A stretch of 64,000 bases of DNA from positions 61,504,001 to 61,568,000 of the forward strand of contig NC_135660.1 of the NCBI RefSeq assembly GCF_964188315.1, written 5' to 3'. Origin of the DNA: Podarcis muralis. Taxonomy: Eukaryota. Position 1 is the first letter of the stretch; every line of letters starts with the position of its first letter. The position numbers were made by a program, and so were the translations under genes. This document shows, piece by piece, positions 1-11,400 of this stretch. The notes beneath the pieces are model-generated. The model searched no databases. It saw only the letters and a program-made list of their open reading frames with translations, and had not been told where the DNA came from.

Positions 1-60
1 ATTCTCTTCCCAAAATTGACTTCCACAGGGATGCGGTTGTCATTTCTGTTCCTAGCTCCA

Positions 61-114
61 AGATAGCTGCTAACCAATGCCTAAACCAACAGATAGCTGC
101 TAACCAATGCCTAA
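61..114. repeat. 30-bp tandem duplication
   Basis: agatagctgctaaccaatgcctaa at 61 and 91. Confidence 0.85.
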
Positions 115-666
115 GCAACCACTCACATACTGTAATTCAACAAAGTTGTGGCCAAAATTATGCCAAAAACAAAAACAAAAATGATGTGTGAAGCGTGTTT
201 TTATTCGGGGGTGTCTTGGGGGTCCTCGACATGCAATCATAATTTTAGCATATATAAACACCATCCTGTGATAATTATGTTTGTTTTGCTTATTGAAAGC
301 AGTAGAGCATCTCCTGGTTCAGCCTGCAAAAATTTAAAAGCATTCCAGTTGAATACTTCTCTCTATTGCCTCCCCTTTTCCCAGCTCCAAAGGCCAAAGG
401 AAGGGGAAATAATTTCTAGTGGGGTAGGTGTGCTAGTCTCTTGATGTAAAAACACCAGAGTCTTGGTGCAGATCAACACATTGATTGTTGCACACGCATT
501 CATATACTAGAGTCCACGTCATCAGATGCATGAAGGTACTAATAATAATCTTAGCATAATTCCCACCATGAGGAAGTTGGCCAGTGACAAACTCCAGGAG
601 GCCCATAGGAAGTTTCTCATTGGCAGGAACCAGGGCTTTTTTTAAAGCTGGAACTAACTGGAACTC

Positions 667-992
667 GGGGCGCAGGTGGCGCTGTGGGTCAGCAGTTTGA
701 ATCCCCACGACAGGGTGAGCTCCCGTTGCTCGGTCCCTTCTCCTGCCAACCTAGCAGTTCGAAAGCACGTCAAAGTGCAAGTAGATAAATAGGTACTGCT
801 CCAGCGCGAAGGTAAACACCGTTTCCGTGTGCTGCTCTGGTTCGCCAGAAGCGGCTTAGTCATGCTGGCCACATGACCCAGAAGCTGTACGCCGGCTCCC
901 TCAGCCAATAAAGCGAGATGAGCGCCGCAACCCCAGAGTCGGTCACGACTGAACCTAATGGTCAGGAGTCCCTTTACCTTTACCTTTACCTT
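667..992 (+). mobile_element. Sauria SINE with internal deletion in the tRNA-like head
   Basis: ggtggcgctgtgg head, conserved core, (ACCTTT)n tail; TSD taactggaactc/taaccggaactc (655-666, 993-1004). Confidence 0.9.
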
Positions 993-1634
993 TAACCGGA
1001 ACTCAGTTCCGATACATCTCAGGTTTGCACCATTGCCATTCTAAGAGAAATGAGGGAGGTGTTCATGGTGAGTTCTGGCATCTCTTTTCCCAGAAAAACA
1101 GCACTGGCAGGAACCCTTTGGAAAACCCTTGGTCCTGTGCCAAGGCCCTGGATGAGGAGGGTGGATAGGCCTCCCTCAGCCAGTGTGTTGCTGCTCCTGC
1201 TGCCACTGGTTTGTAAGTCAGTTTTTTAAAGGGAAGGGGGTCTGGGAATTTGGCTTGGACAAAAAACTGTTTCCAATGAACATAACTCATTTTATCCAGG
1301 TATGCATCACTGGAAGGAAGAGGTCTTGGGCAGAGAGAGATATAGCAGGATGCCATGTAGATGGTAGTGGAGGCCCTGGAATTTGATGAGATTAATGCGC
1401 AACCCACTCTATGCATTCATAATGTGATGGGGGTCCATCCACCAACCCTGTCCCTGATATAGCAAAAGTCTGTATGTCTGCAGGTCTACCTGCGTAGATT
1501 TCTGTCAACTCAGGAATCCGCACTCCATGTATGAATGTTGACAGTGGGCTCTGGGAGCCATGCAGTCTCAGCCCTGTTATCCTTTCCAGTAGGTGAATCC
1601 CTTTCACTTTATTAACACAAGAAGGAGGCTAGAT

Positions 1635-1638
<4 letters not shown>

Positions 1639-1680
<42 letters not shown>
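1639..1680. repeat. (TA)n microsatellite
   Basis: About 20 TA units. Confidence 0.95.
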
Positions 1681-1684
<4 letters not shown>

Positions 1685-1761
1685 TGTCATGAATGGTCCA
1701 TCATTATTCATTTGCAATAAGGAAAGTACTTTGCATATAGTCAGAGACTAACTTAGTTTTT

Positions 1762-3081
1762 CCAAAGAAGGGCAGTGCCAAAGAATGCTCCAACTACCAC
1801 ACAATTGCACTAATTTCACACACTAGCAAGGTTATGCTTAACATTTTACAAGGCAGGCTTAAGCAGTATGTGGACTGAGAACTCCCAGAAGTGCAAGCTG
1901 TATTTTGAAGGGGCAGAGGAACCAGAGACCAAATTGCAAACATGCACTGGATTATGGAAAAAGCTAGAGACTTCCAGAAAGACATCTACTTCTGCTTCAT
2001 TGACTATGCAAAAGCCTTTGACTGTGTCGACCACAGCAAACTATGGTAAGTTCTTAAAGAAATGGGAGTGTCTGATCACCTCATCTGTCTCCTGAGAAAT
2101 CTCTATGTGGGACAAGAAGCTACAGTTAGAACTGGATATGGAACAACTGATTGGTTCAAAATTGGGAAAGGAGTACGGCAAGGCTGTATATTGTCTCCCT
2201 GCTTAATTAACTTATATGAAGAATTCATCATGCGAAAGGCTGGGCTGGATGAATCCCAAGCTGGAATTAAGATCACCGGAAAATATATCAACAACCTCAG
2301 TTATGCAGATGACACAACCTTGATGGCAGAAAGTAAGGAGGAATTAAAGAACCTTTTAATGAGGGTGAAAGAGGAGAGTGCAAAATATGGTCTGAAGCTC
2401 AACATCAAAAAAACGAAGATCATGGCCACTGGTCCCATCACCTCCTGGCAAATAGAAGGGGAAGAAATGGAGGCAGTGAGAGATTTTACTTTCTTGGGCT
2501 CCATGATCACTGCAGATGGTGACAGCAGTCAATAAATTAAAAGACGCCTGCTTCTTGGGAGAAAAGCAATGACAAACTTAGACAGCATCTTAAAAAGCAG
2601 ATACATCACCTTGCCGGCAAAGGTCTGTATAGTTAAAACTATGGTTTTCCCAGTAGTGATGTATGGAAATGAGAGCTGGACCATAAAGAAGGCTGATCGC
2701 CGAATAATGGATGCTTTTGAATTATGGTGCTGGAGGAGACTCTTGAGAGTCCCATGGACTACAAGAAGATCAAACCTATCCATTCTTAAGGAAATCAGCC
2801 CTGAGTGCTCACTGGAAGGATAGATCCTGGAGCTGAGGCTCCAATACTTTGGCCACCTCATGAGAAGAGAAGACTCCCTGGAAAAGACCCTGATGTTGGG
2901 AAAGACTGAGGGCACAAGAAGAAGGGGACGACAGAGGACGAGATAGTTGGACAGTGTTCTTGAAGCTACCAGCATGTGTTTGACCAAACGGCGGGAGGCA
3001 GTGGAAGACAGGAGTGCCTGGCGTGCTCTGGCCCATGGGGTCACGAAGAGTCAGACATGACTAAACGACTAAACAACAACA
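1762..3081 (+). mobile_element. BovB (RTE-clade) LINE, 5'-truncated, with disrupted reverse transcriptase C-terminal part and 3' UTR
   Basis: ORFs with GVRQGCILSPCL and YADDT RT motifs, several stops; (CAA)n tail; perfect 12-bp TSD aacttagttttt (1750-1761, 3082-3093). Confidence 0.95.
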
Positions 3082-4329
3082 AACTTAGTTTTTACTTTAC
3101 GTCTTTGGTGGCTGGGGCTCAGCACTTAATCTTCTCTGATAAATGCTGTTCATACGCTTGATATAGTTGTATGCTATGGGCCAAATTGATGCAAGTTGTT
3201 GTGCTAGCAGATCCAAACCAATGACTCCTGCTGTGGCAATAGGACCCTCCTCCCTCTGCTGTGTCTTCCTGAAATCTGCTTGGAAGGAAAGGAGAATCTC
3301 CAGAACAGTACACAGGGGCAGGAGAGGAGAGGTTGTTTTGTCCAGCAAGCAGAAATGCTTCTTCTGATGGAACAATCTCCTTAGCATGAGTTCCACCACC
3401 CTATCTGCTTTTCATTTTCTCTGGAGGAGACTTCCCTTGTGAGAGGAGATGTTCATGTCTCATATTTTTCCCACTATTAGAATCTGACTTACAAATTTAT
3501 GACACACCATTATTTGTGATTGATTTCTCCCTTCTCCCCCCTCTGCCCTCTTCTGGTTTGAGTTTAATACTTACATTATATATTAATTTTTTTCAACTGA
3601 GGAAGTTTACCGAAATGGTTCATATTTTATGGCAGATGTGGATGATGGTAGCTGATAGCTAAAAATATGCCTGACTAATATACTGGCCTGTCTTTTCATG
3701 ACTTGCTTATTTATCCCTTGGCCATATTTATGTGTGGTGAGCTGTTCATATTTGAAACATGATTGTAAATTGCACATTTTAAAGGCAGCACATTTTCTTT
3801 ACGTCTTCCTCCTCAGTGGCCATGTTGCTTGTTCTAAGGATGAGTTACGCAGAGTAATTTTGAAAGCGTAATGGGGCTCTCAGTAATTCATACATCTCTT
3901 AGGAATACTCTGCTCTAAATATCAGGTGATGTAGAAGACTGGTGTTTTCCTTTAATAATATATCTAGACCCATTTTGATGGATCGACTGAAATCTCTGCT
4001 TGGATTTTTGAAAATATAAATATTCCTTCTGCTGCAAATTAAGCTTCTTTAAATTTTATTCATTTATTTGATTCAAGTACCTCTGATTTCTATTTCATCC
4101 TGACTCTGAATAATCACCAATGATTAGCTGTACAATATCATGTAACAACGTCTCTGGCTACTGTGTAAATGTTACTGGAACAGCTAATCACTCTCTTCAC
4201 TGCCAGAGACAAGCACAGAACAAATAATGAGTAGGGATTTTTTTTTATATTTATATTATTATTTTTTTGCAGGGAGGAGGAAGAACCCAATCATGTTACA
4301 AACAAAACATGTTTGCTGAAATACACCCT

Positions 4330-5190
4330 ATTTATTTATTTAAAAACATTTCTAAATTGCTTAGTGGTCTGCGTTATACACAATATAAAACCAATATCCA
4401 TTAAAACAAAACAAAAAAATACAGCCTAAAACCAGTAAAACAATATAAAAAACATATGAAGGAAAGTAATACAGTGATTCGGGGAATTCATACATTGATA
4501 TCAGAGCCCAATCTTTTGGGTCAGGTAAAGCCTGGGGGAAAATATAAGTCTTCACAAGATGTCTGAACCAATGGGTGGTTGCTCCTTCTTGTATGGCCTT
4601 CCACAGAATAGAGCCAACAGCAGAAAGTGTCTGTCTTTGGGTCACCACCCTATATTTTGTAGGGTGTGGTGCCATGAAGTAGAGTCTCCCCAAATATATA
4701 TAGGGGCAGAAAGTCTTTCAGGGAGGTCCTTTAGGGTTGTCAGTGTTAACAGGCCCTTGAACATGGCAGCTGATCAGCAGATTTCTTAGCTCTGGTATAA
4801 TATGTTTGTCTCCAGGTACTCTGCTCAATCTGGATGTAGCATTCTGCATTGAGATCAATTGCAAGGCAAGTCCAACAGAGAGTGCGGTAGTCCTGTCATG
4901 AGGTAGCCAATGCATGAATCACAGTGGCTAAGCTATCCCTGTCCAGGAAAGGGCGCAGTTGGTGCACCTACCTGAGTTGATAACAAGCATTCATTGCCAC
5001 AGGTGTCACCTGTGCCTCCGGTGACAAAGATTGATCGAGGAGCACCTCTAAACTACTCACCTGCTCTTTCAGAGGGAGTGCAACCCATCCAGAACCAGTG
5101 AACTCTCCAAACTCCGGGACCTGGGAACCTTTTACACACAGAGTCTCCATCTTACCAGGATTCATTCTCAGTTTGTTGAACCATCACTGC
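4330..5190 (-). mobile_element. L2-clade LINE 3' fragment, degenerate
   Basis: Minus-strand translation ...VALPLKEQVSSLEVLLDQSLSPEAQV...YQLR resembles L2 ORF2 after the RT core; AT-rich 3' end near 4330. Boundaries approximate. Confidence 0.7.
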
Positions 5191-5404
5191 ATCCAGGCGC
5201 CATTTTTTTTAAAGAGCCAGGGTGGCCCCAAGGTTAGAAAGTCTAGAGATGGTAGTAAATGTGAAGTATTATAAAATCAGATCCTACTTCTGCAAAGGAT
5301 ATGTTTGGTCTAATTGGATATTCCTTGGCTGCTTTTTTGTGAGAACAAAAAATGTGGTGTGATTTGAGATGTCTTTTTTTAAAAAAATCTTTTTTCCTTT
5401 TTAG

Positions 5405-5476
5405 GAATTTATCAGGGAACATTTTTTCAAGTCTCATGAATGGACTCTTCTCTGAGCTTTTAGCTCTGAAAGCCTT
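5405..5476 (+). CDS. ADGRA-family exon: last leucine-rich repeat ([24 protein letters not shown])
   Basis: Pyrimidine tract ...tttttccttttag acceptor, 72-bp phase 2-2 exon typical of LRR exons, donor gtaagt; too short for the ORF track. Confidence 0.92.
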
Positions 5477-8400
5477 GTAAGTATGCCTTGATTAGGTAAA
5501 GGCCCATTTTGGCACCATTTACACATATTACTGTGATTAGCTTCATCATTATATAGATTTTCAGCATTGTATGTTCAGTGAAATTAATATAAATTCCTTA
5601 TGTGCATTTTGTAAAAAGCATTCTAATCCTTTTCTGTCACATGGAATATTTTCAGATCACTGGAATATTAAACAGTTGTGTTGGAGCCAGAATAGTAGGG
5701 TTGTAATAATTGTTTCATTGTGATTTTTAATTTGAAGTTGTTTTTTTAAAAAATGCTGAAGCTTTATGGTTGATTTCCCTTAACATTTTATGAAGGGGTG
5801 GATGGAAGCAGAGAACAAGTAAATTAATTCCTTACAGTGTTTACATAAAACATCTTATATGTTCATTATAACCCTACTTAGATTAAACCTACTTATTAGA
5901 GTTAACACATTTAAACATTCCTCTTTTCTAGCAGATGGGGGGATTTTATTAAACAATAAAAATAATGATGAAAAATTAACGAGTGTAGAGGTTAAATAGT
6001 GCTTCTATAATTACTTGCATAGACTCATAGAATTGTAGAGTTAGAAGGGATTCCAACATCATCTAGTCCAACCCCCTTCAATGGAGGAATCTCAACTAGA
6101 TCATACATCAGTGTTTCCCAACCTTGTGCCTCCAGCTGTTTTTGGCCTACAATTCCCATCATCCCTTGCCACTGGTCTTGCTAGTCAGGGATGATGGGAG
6201 TTGTAGGCCAAAAACATCTGGAGGCACAAGGTTGGGAAACACTGTCATACATGACAGATGGCCATCCAACCTCTGCTTAAAGACTTCCATGTGGCAGTTA
6301 AATAGTACAGAGCCTATATACTGTTATTGATTTCGCTAAATTAGAAATAGAATTTGACATCGTCTGTTGGAATTATGGAACTGAAAGACTATAATGCAGA
6401 CCCATCAAAGTCAAATGCTTTGGAAGGCATAATGCAGATATCCATCTATGGCTTTCGTTAGGCAGAGTAAGGCAGATGCCTCAGGCAGCTGATAGAGTGG
6501 GTATAAGGTAGTAAAGGTGTTGTAGCAAGGTGTTGTGACTACCATGATTCCTGCTTAGCTAGCATGCTGCCCTCAGTGGAGAATGCTTTGTTCCATCACT
6601 ACTGTTGAAGCAAGGCTCATCCTCCATCTGGTTGGTTTCAGGACATGGAATTGTGGGGTGGGGAGGATGCCATCTTGCAATTTGCCTCAGGCATCAAAAC
6701 ATCATAGGCTGGGCCTCTTTGTTTGTATGCCACTTTTCCACAAAATTGTGCCCAGAGTGGTTCTGAGCATGTCAAATGGGCAACAGTAGAACTAAAAAAA
6801 AAATCCATACCAGGCACTTTTTGCAGATAATCATGGTGTCAAAAAGATAGATATGTCATTAGAGAAAAATCAGTCCATTTAATATTACTGAAAACAATAC
6901 AAATGAACTAACCTAACAGCTTAAAACTAAACAGGAGAGAGAGAATAAAACCTAACAGAGCCTTACACCGAGTCCAACCAAATGTTAGTCTAGCTCAGTA
7001 TTATCTACACCAGGACTACAATTCCCATCATCCCTGACCACTGGTCCTGTTAGCTAGGGATGATGGGAGTTGTAGGCCCAAAACAGCTGAAGGGCCGAGT
7101 TTGGGGATGCCTGATCTACACTGACTTGGCAGCACTTCTCAAGGGTTTCTGACAAGGAGTCTGCCAACCCTACCTGGAGATGCCAGGGATTGAACTTGGG
7201 ACCTTCTGCATGCATAGCAGATGCTCTGTCTACAAAGATTCTCTACTGAGCTATGGCCCTCCCCACGGTATATATACAAGCCTGGGAAAATAAATATCAC
7301 CATTACAGAAAGGGCATTCCATGGAGGTTCGCTCCAATCACATCCATTGGATTGCAGCCACACCTCTCACATGTGGTAGCCTGCCAACTCTTACCTGGGT
7401 GATTTCCTGAGCAGCAGATGCACAGTGACTACACTCAATGTGTTTTCTCTCTCTCTGTCACCTGAAATGCCAAATTAAAATTCCCAGGTTGAGAGCCAAA
7501 ATTAATTCTACCTCAATAATTCTGAAAAACTGGATTCCCCACTTCTCCAGTTAAAATGTTTAAATCCTAAGTCACATACAGTAGATAACCTGGCTATGTG
7601 CTTTCACGTAGTGAGAGTTATTATTATTATTATTTTAATTCTATACTCTTAAATAACTCACGTCCCAAATACCTCATATAGCACTGTAAGCTTAAGAGCA
7701 AATGTTCAATTGGACAGTAAGACAAGAGCTTTCATTGTTCCCAAACATCCATAAGTGGAAGGAGGATGTCATTTAAATTCATCAAGCTACTGGACCTGTG
7801 AGGTAAACTCCTCCTTGCCATGTATACATATCCCATTACTAAAGGGAAAGGTGGAATGGTGCATCCATGCGGAGCACAAAGCTCAACTAAAACACCCATA
7901 TCATTATCCTGCTGTCCAAGAAGACAAACAAAACATCTGATTAAAGAGCTGCATTGTTTACGTAGTGTCGTGGTGACATAATCAGACTCATGGGCAAATA
8001 GCAGTGCTGTTTACATAGGCTTGCAGAGGCATAGAGCTATACGGGAGAAGATACTGAATGGTTTAGGGCATTAATGGTAAGCAGAAATGTCCTAAGTGGG
8101 ACCATGCTTAGCTGGGGGGAAATGCATGTTCTGTGCCTACAGAGAAACAGTTTTGTGAGATTGGGGGCTTCCATTGTTGAAGGAGCAAGGCAGGTTTCTT
8201 GGTGAGTTAATTGGCTCTAAGTACATGCCATTGGGACGCGGGTGGCACTGTGGGTTAAACCACAGAGCCTAGGACTTGCTGATCAGAAGGTTGGCAGTTC
8301 GAATCCCTGTGACGGGGTGAGCTCCCGTTTCTCGGTCCCAGCTCCTGCCAACCTAGTAGTTCGAAAGCATGTCAAAGTGCAAGTAGATAAATAGGTACCA

Positions 8401-11400
8401 CTCCGGTGGGAAGGTAAACAGCATTTCTGTGTGCTGCTCTGGTTTGCCAGAAGTGGCTTACTCTTGCTGGCCATATGACCCAGAAGCTGTATGCCAGCTC
8501 CCTCGGCCAATAAAGCGAGATGAGCGCCGCAACCCCAGAGTCGGCCACGACTGGACCTAATGGTCATGGGTCCCTTTACCTTTACCTTTACATGTCATTA
8601 GTATAAGAAAGGAAGCCGCTCTGTGCCAGAAGGCAAATGGATGGTAGTGAGAAGGACATCTGGATGGTAGTGAGAAGGACAATAGCCAGAGTAGAGCTGT
8701 GTGTGGGAGCTGAACTGGAAGGAGGCTGAAGACAGAAGCCTGAGAATGAGAGCCATGCTTAATTTCTGCTTGAATCCAAGTCTGTGGTCAGTGCTCTTTT
8801 TCTGGGGGCACTCAAAGGTACATAGTACTGGCACCCTTTTTCCTAGAAGAAAAGCACTGGCTATGGAAAAAGCAAGAGCTTCTGGATGCTAATGCTGTGA
8901 GCCCCTCCATTGCAGGCTCAGGTTGTTTTTCCCAATTGTTGGTGTTTAGACTACCTTTTTAAAGATTTGCCTTGAGAGAGTCTTTAAACCTCTTTTGTAT
9001 ATATGTGTGAATAAATCATAGATCATAAATGCAACATAGTCTCTGCTGTGTCTCATTCCAAGAAGACCAAACCCTGGGGAGGTGTGTCTGGAACCCCTGG
9101 ACTCTTACACTGCTTGGAGACTGGGGTGGCATGCAACAACATGTTCAGCCTCATGGAGGAGAGATGAATGGATGTGGATGATTATGTGCAGATAGAGGAT
9201 GCACAACTGGTCCTTGCTGCTGATGTGCCATTAGTGCTGGATGCCACTCAGATTATCTGTCTAGCTTCCTCTAAGAGCTAGTTAACTAAGATTTGTTAAA
9301 TGTCGTCAGTGTTTCAATGATTAGTTTTCTGTGACAATCACTGTATAAAAATCATGTTGAAAGGGATAGTATTGATTGGTTTTGGGTTTCATTTCAGACA
9401 TTTCTACACTGATTCTCTCACCTGTGACTGTAATCTCAAATGGGTTTTACACTGGGCTAGAAATGCTTCAGTTCGGATCTCAGAAGAAACAGTTTGTGCT
9501 TTCCCCAGGAGTTTACAAGGAACATCATTTCAGAACCTGAAAGAAAATCAGCTGATGTGCGGTGAGTGGTACTCTTCTTTCAGCGTCATGAATTGAAACC
9601 AGTATTCTCAGAGAAAGTGTATTCTGAAGGATAAATGCCAAGTGATTGGTGTGCAGAACTGGATGATAGCTGAAAGAAAGCAAATATGTCAGAAACCATA
9701 CTGAGGCTTAAGGTTAAACAATATGCAACTTAAAAAAAACAAAAACAAAATTAGATTGCAGATCTCTTTTGTATATAAATAAATGTTCCTTGTAAAACTA
9801 CCAGTGCCCTTATCTGCCTTTGTAACTCTTATACATTTGAATGTATCATAGGAAAGGTATTTCTCATTGCATTTCATCTTCAAATAAATAATCTTTTTTC
9901 ATTAGATTGTAGTGTGACAACAGGGAATAAATGTCAATCTATCTGCCACTCACCTTCACAAGCCTTGCAATATAAGCTGTACCTGTGTAGGGAAGGATGA
10001 ATTTTAATAATGGGGAGCTTTAAGAGAGGCAAAGATCTTAAAACAAATATTTGAAATAATAGAAACGGAATGGATGGGAAGGAGATAAAATAACATGTGT
10101 AAAGTCCTGTCTCTCATATTAGAGCAATCTCGAAACCACAGTGTGTATGTCGCTTTCTGAAGATCTCATCATGCAAACAAAACTGACCCTGAAAAAACTT
10201 AGAAGTTATTCTCTAGGTTTTGTATAGGAAGAAATGTTATTTCGCTATGTGCCACATGGTTATCTGACTTCAAATCATTTGTATGTGCAGCTTACATGCA
10301 TGCATTTATAAAATGTACTCCAGAATACTTTGTCCAGAATACTCTGAATAGTTTTATACCATCCTTATCTTTCAAATTTCTCTGTCAGAGGACTGTTGAT
10401 CTTTCCCCTCAGCCAATTCCCTGTGGTTACAGCAGTTCATCTGTATAACAAGTCAGATATGTAAATATCAGAGTCTGAAACACCTTGGCATTGCAGCTTG
10501 TTACCAGAACCAATACTTTGTTGTGCAAAATAACTTATTAAAAACAAGTTTTTCTTATGAATTAAATATAAAATTGATGCCACCCAGTGAAGTTCATTTG
10601 ACATGAAGTCTGGATTTGTACCTGTTTATCTTCATTAAAACATGAACAGAAGGTTTTGGCAAGGTCTGCCTGAAGCATAACTGATCCCAGGCAATTTTCC
10701 CTATGTGCTGTAAGCAAGCTTTGCTAATTGAGCCTCGCTGAGCAGCCAGCAGCCATTCTCATTTCTACAAATCTGAAGTAAGAAATTTTACTTTCTTCTT
10801 GGCTTTATGGCTGTTCCATTAATTTTCACACTTGGTATCCAAGGACAAAGCCAAAGGGTTACTTAATTTTTAGTCAATCTTTTATATTATTTATATTGAT
10901 TACATTGACATGCTGACTATAAAACTTCAGGCTCCATCGCAGGTTGCCGACAGAGCTGCTGCAATGATGGTCCTGAGGAGACTATTGCCTTTTCTTCAAA
11001 TTAATTACCTTCACCATTTTACTTTATAATTAACCAAACTTAAACTCAGCTAGAAAATGTTGAGGAACAGACAGATCAGTCCTACGCTCGAATTATGCTG
11101 GGATTTGCAATAGTCTGCTATGTTGGTGGAACAACTGCCTTATCCAATGGTGGGTCAGCCCAGGAAGGAAGGTGAGAAAACACCTTAAAGGGCGATTAGA
11201 CAAATTAAAGAAGGATAACACTATCAACAGCTGCTTGCCATGATGTCTATGATCTTTCTTCAGTACTGGAGATTGCATGTCTCAGAATGCCAGTTGCAGG
11301 AGAATACCAGTGGAGAACATGTGCTTGTGCACTTCCCATAGACATCTGGCTTTCACCGTTAGAACAGAATGTTGGACTAGATGGACCTTTGCCATAGTCC

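Noticed and set aside
1020-1620. Possible decayed retroelement coding sequence on the minus strand
   Set aside because: Only faint resemblance to endonuclease or DIRS motifs in several frames; cannot be assigned without a search.
3816-4340. Candidate upstream 72-bp LRR exons after acceptor-like sites near 3816 and 4272
   Set aside because: Translations lack the LxxNxI LRR pattern and matching donors; earlier exons are probably outside the window.
8233-8310. tRNA-like A/B boxes
   Set aside because: These are SINE heads; there is no complete cloverleaf and they continue into SINE body sequence.
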